DNA of 50,147 nt, from positions 1 to 50,147 of the forward strand of contig CAZDLX010000005.1 of assembly GCA_964506005.1 (NCBI GenBank), read 5' to 3'. Position 1 is the stretch's first letter. Each line of letters begins with the position of its first letter. The notes beneath the pieces were generated by a model. It was not told where the DNA came from and did no database searches. It saw only the letters and a program-made list of their open reading frames with translations. Of this stretch, positions 26,708-35,865 are shown piece after piece. Source of the DNA: an uncultured Anaerolineae bacterium (GTDB taxonomy: Bacteria > Chloroflexota > Anaerolineae > Aggregatilineales > UBA3940). A program made the translations under genes and the position numbers.

Positions 26708-28303
26708 TCACGCCTGCAGCCGGCCATCCCTGGACACCGCCATAACCTCTTTAAGCAGGTCGGTCGTCCAGTGGCGGTCGGAGGAGTTCAGGCGGACGAT
26801 GCCCTTCTCCTGCAGGTATGCGACATTGCTGTATTGCGGATTGTGGTAGTCGTCGATCTTGCCGCCCTTGATGGCGTCGATGACCTGCTGCACGCCCTGC
26901 TCCACCGTCCATTGGGGCGTGAAACCAACTGTCCGCTGAATCTTGGTAAAGTCGACGCAGTAGTTGCGGGCGTCCGAGCCGCCTTCGACCTCTTCTATCT
27001 CGGCTTCGGGCACAATCCCCTTAATGAGCTCGGCGATCTGCCGGATGGTGTAGTTCTGCTCGTTCGAGCCGACGTTGAAGATCTGCCCGCGGACGAGCGG
27101 CAGCGGAGCTTCGAGCACCGTCAGAACGGCGAGCGCGGCGTCGTCCACGTGCACAAACGGCCGCCACTGCTTGCCGCCAAAGACCGTGATCTTGCCTTCG
27201 GTGACGGCCTTCGCGGTGAGCAGGTTGATCACGAGGTCAAACCGCGTGCGCCCCGACAGCCCGTAGATCGTCCCGAACCGCAGGATGACCGGCGCAAAGT
27301 CGCTGCTGGCCAGCCCGAGCAAAATCTTCTCCGTCGCCATCTTGCTGCTGGCATACAGTGAGACAGGGTTAAGACTCGACTTCTCGTCGAGCACTTCATC
27401 GCTGGCGCCATACACCGAGCACGTGCTCGCGAAGATCATGCGGTCGAGCTTCATGCAGTCCGCGACTTCCGCGATCATCCGCGCCGCCATGAGGTTCACC
27501 TCGACGGTCAGCCCGGTGCACAGCTCGCAGGCAGGATCGCCGACGATAGCGCCCAGGTGGATGACGGCGTCCATCCCTCGCATGGCCTCCACGACCTGCT
27601 GCATTTGCAGGAAATCACCCTGGACGATCTCCAGCTGCGGATGGTGCATGATCGGCTCAATCGGCTCCGCGCCGTAGAGCAGCAGGTCAAGCAGCCGCAC
27701 GTTGTACCCGCGATCCAGCAGCTTGGGCAGCAGGGCGGAGCCGATGTAGCCCCCCCCGCCGATGACCAACACGTTCTTCACACCGTTCTCTGATGGGCGA
27801 GCGAGCCGGGCAAACGGCTCCTCCTTGCGCAGCGCGGCAGCCCAGGCCGTATACCACAGGCGGGCTGTCGCCACGGTCGCGAGTGTCAGCAGCCAGCCGA
27901 CGATCAGAACGCTGCGCGGGAACTGGATCACGTCTCGCAGCAGCAGCATGACGAACCCGAAAACCAGGTAGCTCAAGCTGACAGCCTCGATGATCACCAG
28001 TACCTTGTAACGCCCGGCGTAAAACCGGCTGTGGGAATAGAAGCCGCTGAGGGCGAAAACGATCAGGCAGATGGGGGTCAAGATCCAGAACGAATTGAGG
28101 TAGGTGTTCAGATAGTTTATAAGGACGTCATGCGCAGAGCCGTCCACGCCTTCGGCACCGATCCACCACAGATAGCGCAGAACCAGTGTGAAGATCAATA
28201 CTGCGTTGATCATCAGAATGTCGGCGATGACGCGGGTGATGACTTCGCGGTTTAGCCGCGCATGGACAGGTTTGGGGTGTCGCCATACCAGCGTTTTCAT
28301 CAT
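26708..28303 (-). CDS. NAD-dependent nucleotide-sugar epimerase/dehydratase with N-terminal 4-TM domain
   Basis: About 4 TMs, then VLVIGGGGYIGS, VIHLGAIVGDPAC, FASTCSVYG, YASSK and LRFGTIYG (extended SDR). Confidence 0.88.
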   Translation of the reverse strand: MMKTLVWRHPKPVHARLNREVITRVIADILMINAVLIFTLVLRYLWWIGAEGVDGSAHDVLINYLNTYLNSFWILTPICLIVFALSGFYSHSRFYAGRYKVLVIIEAVSLSYLVFGFVMLLLRDVIQFPRSVLIVGWLLTLATVATARLWYTAWAAALRKEEPFARLARPSENGVKNVLVIGGGGYIGSALLPKLLDRGYNVRLLDLLLYGAEPIEPIMHHPQLEIVQGDFLQMQQVVEAMRGMDAVIHLGAIVGDPACELCTGLTVEVNLMAARMIAEVADCMKLDRMIFASTCSVYGASDEVLDEKSSLNPVSLYASSKMATEKILLGLASSDFAPVILRFGTIYGLSGRTRFDLVINLLTAKAVTEGKITVFGGKQWRPFVHVDDAALAVLTVLEAPLPLVRGQIFNVGSNEQNYTIRQIAELIKGIVPEAEIEEVEGGSDARNYCVDFTKIQRTVGFTPQWTVEQGVQQVIDAIKGGKIDDYHNPQYSNVAYLQEKGIVRLNSSDRHWTTDLLKEVMAVSRDGRLQA

Positions 28304-28428
28304 ACCACCTCCAGTGGACCACAGAATTACCCGAATAAACCTGCCCCAGTTGCCCGTGCCTGGCGGTCAAGGCCGCCCTGTTCCTCAACCCCGCGCCGGG
28401 CTTACTACCAACTCACCAAGCCGAGCAC

Positions 28429-30213
28429 TCATCTCCCCTCAGGCAGTGCTGGAACAAGGTCCTGCCGCAGATGCGCCTCGATGCGCAGCACGAGCTCCCG
28501 CGGGTCAAACGGCCTGACCAGATAGTCCACACCACCTGCCGCAAACCCCTCCTCGACATCCTCATACGCCCCACTCGCCGCTACCAGAACGACCGGTATC
28601 TGCTCCGTCGCGGGGGTTGCCTTCAGACGGCGGCAGAGCTCCACGCCATCTGTATCGGGCAGTTCGACGTCCATGACGATGAGTTGGGGCCTCCACTCAA
28701 GAGCCGCAGCAAACGCCGCCTCTCCCTCTCCAGCCGTCCGCACCTCGTAGATCTCGCTTGGCAGGTGGGCCGCGATCTCCTCGACCAGCGCCTCGTCGTT
28801 TAACGCAACCAGCAGCTTCGTCGGCGGAGCCCCCGTAGTGCGAGCACCGTTGGGATCTGCCGCCGGCTCCAGCGCAGGCGGGGCATACCGCGAGTAGTAG
28901 CCGTCCAAAGCCGCATTGGCCCGATCTTGCACGCGGTTCATAATCAACCCGCCGAGACGCAGGCCGAGGTACTCGCAGCGGTCCTTCAGCGTGACCAGGG
29001 CGTCGCGCGCGGTTTTGCCCGCCTGGATCACCAGCAGGATCGACGCATCGAGCCTGGTTGCCAGATCCAGCGCATCGCAGATCGGAAGCGCGGGCGGTGT
29101 GTCAATCAGGACGGCATCGACCTCCTTGCTCGCGAGCAGCGCCTGAACCCAGCCCTCCATCTGCCGGGAGCCGATCAGCTTGCTGGCCTCCGCCGACGTG
29201 CCGCCGCTGGTGATGACCCGCAGATTCGGCATCGCCGTCTGCTGGGCGGCTGTCACCAGCGCTGGATCGTTGAGCTCCGCCCACCGGTCGGGCTTCGGCG
29301 GATTGCGCTTGAGCAGCTCGATGAGACCCCGATCGTTGGGCAAGTCGAAGAGCGTATGGAGGACGGGGCAGCGGAGATCGCCATCAATCAGGACAACCCG
29401 GCGGTCTGCCTCGGCCAGCGACACAGCCAGATGGGCGGCAACAGTGCTTTTGCCCTCACCGGGCAGTGCGCTCGTGATGAGGAAGAGCTGTCCATCGCCA
29501 CCGCCAGCGCGCAGCAGGTTCGTTCGAAGGTTGCGGAACTGTTCGCGCGTCCGCGTGTCGCCGTTCACCCGCGCCGGATCGGCCAACGCGCCCCTCTGAC
29601 GTAACTCTGAAATTGCCCCGACGACAGGCAGGGCGAGGATCTGGCTGGCCTCGCCAGCATCCCGGACAGAATCATCGAGGTAGCTGTACAGGTAGGCTCC
29701 CACGACGACCAGCGCCATGCCAAGCAGCGATCCCACGACGACCGCTTCGGTGCGCGTCGGGCTGGCCGTTCTGGCGGGCAGCTGTGCCCACTCCACCACT
29801 TGAAGGGCGGGCCCGCGCGCCATCAGCTCGGTCGCGATCGCGTTGGCGAGCGCCACGGCCATGGCCGGATCATGATGCGTCACCTCAATGCTGAGGATGC
29901 CTGTGTCAGGGATGACGGTGGTCTCGATCTGCCTGGCAACATTCTCAACCCGGACGCCTGAAGCCTCCGTGGCAGGCCGCAGAACATCCGGCGTCGTGGC
30001 GATGACCGCATACGTCTCGGCAAGCTGGATGCCCGAGAGAATGGCGTTGCGGTCCGGCGTTGGCGTCCGCAGGTAGTCGCCGACGGCGAGCAGCACCCGG
30101 GATTGGTACCTGGTGGGGTTGAGGAGATAGGCCCCGGCACCGCCGACAGCACCCACCAGCAGGATCAACCAAAGCCACCTCCGGAGTATGTGCCAGAAGT
30201 CTTTAAGCGCCAT
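28429..30213 (-). CDS. Wzc-like co-polymerase/BY-kinase with C-terminal receiver domain
   Basis: Wzz-like N-terminus, Walker A TSALPGEGKST, Walker A' LIDGDLR, Walker B LIDTPP, Tyr cluster DGYYSRY, then REC-like RPQLIVMDVELPDTDG...DYLVRPF. Start MALKD at 30213 after AAGGTG. Confidence 0.88.
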   Translation of the reverse strand: MALKDFWHILRRWLWLILLVGAVGGAGAYLLNPTRYQSRVLLAVGDYLRTPTPDRNAILSGIQLAETYAVIATTPDVLRPATEASGVRVENVARQIETTVIPDTGILSIEVTHHDPAMAVALANAIATELMARGPALQVVEWAQLPARTASPTRTEAVVVGSLLGMALVVVGAYLYSYLDDSVRDAGEASQILALPVVGAISELRQRGALADPARVNGDTRTREQFRNLRTNLLRAGGGDGQLFLITSALPGEGKSTVAAHLAVSLAEADRRVVLIDGDLRCPVLHTLFDLPNDRGLIELLKRNPPKPDRWAELNDPALVTAAQQTAMPNLRVITSGGTSAEASKLIGSRQMEGWVQALLASKEVDAVLIDTPPALPICDALDLATRLDASILLVIQAGKTARDALVTLKDRCEYLGLRLGGLIMNRVQDRANAALDGYYSRYAPPALEPAADPNGARTTGAPPTKLLVALNDEALVEEIAAHLPSEIYEVRTAGEGEAAFAAALEWRPQLIVMDVELPDTDGVELCRRLKATPATEQIPVVLVAASGAYEDVEEGFAAGGVDYLVRPFDPRELVLRIEAHLRQDLVPALPEGR

Positions 30214-30223
30214 TGGTTCACCT

Positions 30224-30465
30224 TTCGAGCCGGGGGAGGGCCGGCTCCAGAGGGCAAGGGCAAGGTACGGGCAGCCGGCGCCGACCGCACAGCTACCTGA
30301 CACTCGTGTAACCAGTCTCGAACAGGCCAGCGTCGATCGATCAAGCGGGGATGTGAGGCGGAAGCTGCGAACGATGGTGCCTGGCATCCTGTAACAACAT
30401 TGTATGGTGGGTTCTTTTGCCGCGTCAACGCACTTCGCGGCTTTTTGATACTTTCTTCACAAACG
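30224..30465 (-). repeat. Left arm of 242-bp inverted repeat (promoter and leader of the leftward unit)
   Basis: Its reverse complement matches 30803-31044 with no mismatch seen by eye. The ORF track shows identical peptides on opposite strands (30165..30428- and 30840..31745+). Confidence 0.95.
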
Positions 30466-30802
30466 GAGATCTGTGGGAGGCACTCAGGGCATAGCTAGCC
30501 CCAAACCCGGAGCGTGTGACCGGCACCGAATGCCCCCGAACACTCTTCGACCGGGCCGACACCAGCACATCGCGGGCGAAGGTGGCCCGAGTCAGGCTGG
30601 CTGTGAAGCCCCCCATCCCGGTCGCGTTCCAAGGGCGACGGCAGCTCGCCGGGAGCGGTTAACAAAGACCAGCCTGCACACCGGTTGAACGGCGGAGAGC
30701 CGCATGGTTCACGTCCAGCCGCCGGGCCGTTCACAGGGGCGCACAGCGTACACTCTCTCCGGCGGCAGACGCTCGTTTCTGCCACCACTCACCCTCTAAC
30801 AT

Positions 30803-31044
30803 CGTTTGTGAAGAAAGTATCAAAAAGCCGCGAAGTGCGTTGACGCGGCAAAAGAACCCACCATACAATGTTGTTACAGGATGCCAGGCACCATCGTTCG
30901 CAGCTTCCGCCTCACATCCCCGCTTGATCGATCGACGCTGGCCTGTTCGAGACTGGTTACACGAGTGTCAGGTAGCTGTGCGGTCGGCGCCGGCTGCCCG
31001 TACCTTGCCCTTGCCCTCTGGAGCCGGCCCTCCCCCGGCTCGAA
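30803..31044 (+). repeat. Right arm of 242-bp inverted repeat (promoter and leader of the rightward unit)
   Basis: Runs CGTTTGTGAAGAAAG...CCCCGGCTCGAA and is the inverted copy of 30224-30465, with a 337-bp unique spacer between arms. Confidence 0.95.
30840..30869 (+). promoter_or_regulatory. Sigma70-type promoter inside the inverted repeat (mirror copy on the minus strand at 30399-30428)
   Basis: TTGACG (30840-30845), 18-bp spacer, TACAAT (30864-30869). Predicted +1 is A30876. Confidence 0.75.
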
Positions 31045-31073
31045 GGATGGGCCCATCGAAATGCGAAGCTGTC

Positions 31074-31745
31074 ATGCAGCCCGATCAGGCACGCAGGCTC
31101 CTGCTATCAGCCACTGTTCTCCTGCTGGGAGTGACCGCCTTCGCATTTCGGGAGCAGCTCGCGCTCGCACCGGGTGATTTCCTCGTCGTCGAAGACGAGC
31201 TCCAGCCGGCGGACGTTATTCACGTCATCGCCGGCGATGACTACCGCACCGCCCACGCGATCCGGCTGTACCAGCAGGGGTATGCCAGGCAGATCTTCTT
31301 CACAGGTGGCTGGTGCTCCGAGCACCAATATTATCACGGTGCGCATGGCGTAGAGCTGGCTATGCGGTGGGGCGTGCCCGAAGAGGCCCTTGCCGCCGAC
31401 GAAACGCCGGTGACAAGCACCTATTCAGAGCTGCTCAGGCTCAAAGCGTACCTGGACGAGCTGGAAGAGGCGGAAACGCCGGTCCGCTCCGTCATCGTCG
31501 TCAGCGATCCCTACCACATGCGCCGGACGCGCTGGGCATTCCGGCATGTGCTGGGCCGCGACATCCGCCTGCAGATGGCGCCGGTTCCGTTCGAACAGAC
31601 GCCCTACCAGCGCCGGTGGTGGACGGACCAGGCATCGAAGCACTATGTAGAGGAAGAGTACCTGAAGCTGGGATACTACATCGCCCGTTACCAATTGGGG
31701 TGGGGGCCGTTCCAGGAATGGCTGGTCTCGCTTGATACGGAGTGA
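31074..31745 (+). CDS. YdcF/DUF218 family protein
   Basis: N-terminal TM, PADVIHVIAG...R...AIRLY, FTGG, TSTYSE and IVVSDPYHMRR. Start at ATG 31074; the longer ORF merely reads through the repeat. Confidence 0.82.
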   Translation: MQPDQARRLLLSATVLLLGVTAFAFREQLALAPGDFLVVEDELQPADVIHVIAGDDYRTAHAIRLYQQGYARQIFFTGGWCSEHQYYHGAHGVELAMRWGVPEEALAADETPVTSTYSELLRLKAYLDELEEAETPVRSVIVVSDPYHMRRTRWAFRHVLGRDIRLQMAPVPFEQTPYQRRWWTDQASKHYVEEEYLKLGYYIARYQLGWGPFQEWLVSLDTE

Positions 31746-31814
31746 GGACAGAAGGAAGCCGGGATGTAGCAGGCGTCAGCTGTATTCAAGGGCATCTGAG
31801 GGTTACGACAGGTT

Positions 31815-33428
31815 ATGAACGCGGAGACGATCGCGCGAGAGCAGCTCGAAGGTGCCACGCCAGCCCCGCAGGGCCTGGGCGTCGAACGCGCGCGGAGCCG
31901 GTTCCTGCTCAACACCGCCTCGAACGCCATTTACACCGCTGCTCAGGTGCTGCTCAACCTGTGGCTGACTCCGTACCTCATCGGCTATCTCGGCATAGCG
32001 GCCTTCGGCATGATCCCGCTGGCCAACTCAATCGCCTCATACATGTCGATCCTGACCCACGCCCTCCACTCGCCGCTCAGCCGTTTCCTGGCAATCGACC
32101 TTGAGCAAGGCGACAACGAAGCCGCCAACAAGACATTTAATACCGCCCTGTTCGGGCTGGCCGCCATCATCGTGGCGCTCATACCTGTCGCTGTCGTACT
32201 TGCACTGGGATTCCCGCGCTGGTTCGACGTGCCCCCCGGCTGGGAGACGGACACAAGCTGGCTGTTTGGCTTAATCGCCGCCACGACTTTCATCACCGTC
32301 ATCGGCAGCAGCTTCGCCGTATCGCCCTTCATTCACAGCCGCTTTGTCGCCACCAATACCGTCAACTTCGCCGGCGTGCTGGTGCGTGTCGGCCTGATCG
32401 TTCTGCTGTTTAGCACACTGCCTGCCCGCCTGTGGTTTGCGGGAGGCGGCGCCGTACTCGCCGCGATAGTAACGCTGGCGGGCTTCGTGTGGCTGTGGCG
32501 CAGATTCACGCCGGAGCTGCGCGTGCGCCCCACCGACTTCGATCGCTCACGTCTGCAGGCACTCGGTACGATGGGCGGCTGGGTGATCGTCAATACGCTC
32601 GGCGCACTGCTCCTGTCCAAGGCGGATCTGCTCATCATCAATGCGTTCTTCGGCGCGGCGCTGACGGGCGGCTACGGCTCGGTGGTGCAGTTCACGCTGC
32701 TGATGGAGCACCTGGCCGAGACCGCGGCGACGACCATCCGGCCCATCATTCTGATCAAATACGCCCAGCAGGACTTTGAGGGCCTTCGATATCTGGCCTC
32801 GCAGTCCGTCAAGCTCCTCGGGCTTGGGCTGGCGCTGCCTGCTGGTCTGCTGGCCGGGTTCGCCCGGCCACTGCTTGCCGTCTGGTTGGGTCAAGAATAC
32901 CAGTATCTGAGCGTACTGCTGGTCATCGTCATTATTCACCAGGGGCTCAACCTCTCGGTACGTCCTCTGCTGTACGTCCACACGGCTTACAACAAAATCC
33001 GGTGGCCGGGCATCGTCACCCTGCTGAGCGGGGCGGCAGGCCTGATTCTCGGCATTGCGCTGGCGATGTGGGGCAGGTGGGGCGCGGCGGGCGTAGCGCT
33101 GGCCGTTGCGCTGGCCTGGACGAGCAAGAACGCACTGTACTTCCCCATCTACACAGCGCACATCATGAAGCTTCGCTGGTGGGCTTTCTTCCCTGCGCTG
33201 CTGCCGGGGGTGGCCGGCACCCTGTTTGTGGCTCTTGCGTCGCACAGCTTGACGGTGGGGCGGATGCCGGCCAGCTGGCTCGCGCTGGGCACGTCGGCAG
33301 CCGTGGTCTCCATCGTCTACGGCATCGTCGTGTGGGTGCTGGGCCTAAACCGGGATGATCGCCGGCTGTTAAGACGGCTCATCGGCGGACTCGCGCAGCG
33401 GCACGCGAGGCCAGATGGAAGGCAGTGA
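31815..33428 (+). CDS. wzx: Wzx-type oligosaccharide flippase
   Basis: About 14 TMs, TPYLIGYLGIAAFG, ADLLIINAFFG and WGAAGVALA. Confidence 0.85.
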   Translation: MNAETIAREQLEGATPAPQGLGVERARSRFLLNTASNAIYTAAQVLLNLWLTPYLIGYLGIAAFGMIPLANSIASYMSILTHALHSPLSRFLAIDLEQGDNEAANKTFNTALFGLAAIIVALIPVAVVLALGFPRWFDVPPGWETDTSWLFGLIAATTFITVIGSSFAVSPFIHSRFVATNTVNFAGVLVRVGLIVLLFSTLPARLWFAGGGAVLAAIVTLAGFVWLWRRFTPELRVRPTDFDRSRLQALGTMGGWVIVNTLGALLLSKADLLIINAFFGAALTGGYGSVVQFTLLMEHLAETAATTIRPIILIKYAQQDFEGLRYLASQSVKLLGLGLALPAGLLAGFARPLLAVWLGQEYQYLSVLLVIVIIHQGLNLSVRPLLYVHTAYNKIRWPGIVTLLSGAAGLILGIALAMWGRWGAAGVALAVALAWTSKNALYFPIYTAHIMKLRWWAFFPALLPGVAGTLFVALASHSLTVGRMPASWLALGTSAAVVSIVYGIVVWVLGLNRDDRRLLRRLIGGLAQRHARPDGRQ

Positions 33429-34468
33429 TGCAGATCCTGTGCCTGGGCGACGTTGCGATTGGCGATGAAGCCACTGCCGGGCAGGTGTGGGCGGCAGTTC
33501 GCCGCGCCACGCAGGACGGGGCGCGACTCCTCTTCAACTGCGAGCTGCCGCTGGGCGGAACGCTCAACCCGGTCCCGCGGAGCAGCGGCCCGCGCCTGAT
33601 GGCGCACCCGGCCTCCCTGAACGGGCTTCACGGGCTGCCAGCCGGCATCGCCACGCTGGCGACCAACCACATTCTCGACGCAGGCGTCGACGGCCTGGCG
33701 CAGACGCTGGATGCGCTACACGCAGCAGGCTTTGCCACGGTCGGAGCCGGAATGAGCCGCGAGGAGATCGAGAAGACGCTCATCTGGGAGACAGCAGAGG
33801 GCCGGTTGGCCGTGATCAACTGGGTCTTCCCGGAGACGCACCCTGATTGGATGGCGGTGCCCGGCCCTCACTGCTGGCCGGGGCCGGAGGCGGCGCGCGA
33901 GGTCGTGATGCAGGCCAGGGCCGCCGCGGACTGGGTGATGGTCGTGGCACACTGGAGCGACGAGCTTTTCCCCTACCCGCGCCCCGAAGACCGGATCATT
34001 GCGCGCGCGCTCGCCGGGATGGGCGTGGACATCGTCGTGGGCCACCATGCGCATGTGGTGCGCGGCATGGAGGTCATCGGCAGTTGCCCGGTCTACTACA
34101 GCACCGGCAATTTCTACTTCTCCGACCTTTCCGACTGCACCGGCGGCCTCGACCTGCGCCCGGCCCCCCGCAATCGCGAGGGCCTGGGCGTGCGGCTCAC
34201 GCTTCGCGCTGGCATGAGGCCGCAGCACGAGGCAGTGTCCTTCTGGCAGACGGACACCGGCGTAATCGCCGACCCGGCGCGCCGGGCGGAGCGGAGCCTG
34301 GCCCGGTTCAGCAGGCCGCTGCAGCGCCTCGAAGGCGCAGCCTATGCCGCATGGTATTTGGCAAAGCGGGCCCGCTTCGACAGGTGGGGCGGCAGGTGGC
34401 ATTTCGGCGCGCGCAAGCGTGGGCTGCGCGGCTCGGCGCTGTACGTCTGGAACAAGGTTCGCAGTTGA
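33425..34468 (+). CDS. CapA/PGA_cap family metallophosphoesterase-fold protein
   Basis: LGDV, NCELP, TLATNHILDAG, VAHWSDE, VVGHHAHVV and YYSTGNF. Confidence 0.85.
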   Translation: MMQILCLGDVAIGDEATAGQVWAAVRRATQDGARLLFNCELPLGGTLNPVPRSSGPRLMAHPASLNGLHGLPAGIATLATNHILDAGVDGLAQTLDALHAAGFATVGAGMSREEIEKTLIWETAEGRLAVINWVFPETHPDWMAVPGPHCWPGPEAAREVVMQARAAADWVMVVAHWSDELFPYPRPEDRIIARALAGMGVDIVVGHHAHVVRGMEVIGSCPVYYSTGNFYFSDLSDCTGGLDLRPAPRNREGLGVRLTLRAGMRPQHEAVSFWQTDTGVIADPARRAERSLARFSRPLQRLEGAAYAAWYLAKRARFDRWGGRWHFGARKRGLRGSALYVWNKVRS

Positions 34469-34524
34469 GAGCAGGGCCGCCATCGGGAGCATTTGGCGTG
34501 TCACGGTCTAGAGAGTCGCAGGGC

Positions 34525-35865
34525 GTGAATCTCAGGAAGTGGTTGTACTTCACACTCGTCCGGATGCGCGGGCAGCGCCTGGGCAGCTATTACCGGCAGA
34601 TGGTGAAGGCGGAGCGTGAAGGGATTCCGCCGGATACGACGAAGCGGCTGCTGGTGGAGCTTCTGGAACACTGCAAGCAGTGTGTGCCCTATTACTCGAA
34701 GCTGATACGCGAGCTCGGAGACGGGTTCCGCGACGACCCTGAGGCATACCTTCGCGATTTCCCGATCCTTACCAAAGACATCATCCGCAGCCACTTCGAG
34801 GAGTTGAAATCCCGCGATCTCGACCGGCGCCACTGGTTCTACAACACGTCGGGAGGCTCGACGGGCGAGCCGGTCAGGCTCATTCAGGACAGAGACTACG
34901 CAGCGCGCTCCGGGGCCGTCAAGCTGCTGTATTCCAAGCTGGTTGGCGGCGAGATAGGCAAGGGCGAGGTGCGGCTCTGGGGCTCGGAAACGGACATTCA
35001 CGGGAGTACGCGGAACTGGCGAGCGCGACTTGTTAGCAGTCTGACCAACACGACAATTCTCAACGCCTTCCGGATGACAGCGAACGATATGCGTTGTTAT
35101 ATCGCGCACCTGAACAAGCATAAATCTAGTCTGATCGTTGCTTATGCCGATTCACTTTATGAGCTGGCGCGGTTCGCAGAGGAGCAAGGTCTCCAGGTTC
35201 AACCGCAGACGGCTGTGATTACCTCGGCGGCAACGCTGTTTCCTTTCATGAGAGAAGTCATTGAACGGGTCTTCCAGTGCAGGGTTTACAACCGCTACGG
35301 ATCGCGAGAAGTGGGGGATGTCGCCTGTGAGCGTCCCGGGTGCCGGGGGCTGTGGGTGGCTCCCTGGGGCAATTACGTTGAGATCGTGGACCACGACGAC
35401 AGGCGAGTGCCAGCCGGTACCGAGGGCGAGATTCTGGTGACGTCATTAACCAACTACGCGATGCCTCTCGTGCGCTACCGGATCGGTGACTATGGCATGC
35501 TGGCACCCCGTTGGAGCAGCAGCCAGGGCGTGTACGGGCAGCGGCTGGAACACGTACTTGGCAGGGTCAGTGACACCTTCCTAACACCAGACGGCACGCT
35601 TGTGCACTCGGGGTACTTTGAACTGCTGCTGTATTTCAAGGACTGGATTAAGAGGTTCCAGGTCATCCAGAAAGACTATTCGACCATCGTTTTCAGGATT
35701 ATCAAATCCGATTGTGATCACGAACTGGCGGAACTGGACGAGATTGTGACACAGACGAAACTGATCATGGGTGAACACTGTGAGGTTCACTTCGAATTTG
35801 TAGACGAGATCGAGGTGTCTCCCTCAGGAAAGCGGCGATACACGATCTGCGAAATAAGTTCTTAA
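34525..35865 (+). CDS. CapK/phenylacetate-CoA-ligase-like adenylate-forming enzyme, paralog A
   Basis: FPILTK, NTSGGSTGEP, NRYGSRE, PLVRYRIGD, LGR and SPSGK. GTG start at 34525. Confidence 0.88.
   Translation: MNLRKWLYFTLVRMRGQRLGSYYRQMVKAEREGIPPDTTKRLLVELLEHCKQCVPYYSKLIRELGDGFRDDPEAYLRDFPILTKDIIRSHFEELKSRDLDRRHWFYNTSGGSTGEPVRLIQDRDYAARSGAVKLLYSKLVGGEIGKGEVRLWGSETDIHGSTRNWRARLVSSLTNTTILNAFRMTANDMRCYIAHLNKHKSSLIVAYADSLYELARFAEEQGLQVQPQTAVITSAATLFPFMREVIERVFQCRVYNRYGSREVGDVACERPGCRGLWVAPWGNYVEIVDHDDRRVPAGTEGEILVTSLTNYAMPLVRYRIGDYGMLAPRWSSSQGVYGQRLEHVLGRVSDTFLTPDGTLVHSGYFELLLYFKDWIKRFQVIQKDYSTIVFRIIKSDCDHELAELDEIVTQTKLIMGEHCEVHFEFVDEIEVSPSGKRRYTICEISS

Noticed and set aside
30224-31044. IS/transposon ends or a recombinase-driven ON/OFF invertible promoter
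   Set aside because: No transposase or invertase is present, no target duplication was seen, and the promoters lie in the arms rather than the spacer.
30165-31177. Duplicated peptides MTRQKNPP... and MPGTIVRS... as real N-termini or small proteins
   Set aside because: They are read-through of the non-coding repeat. One starts at the -35 hexamer itself, and better starts exist at 30213 and 31074.
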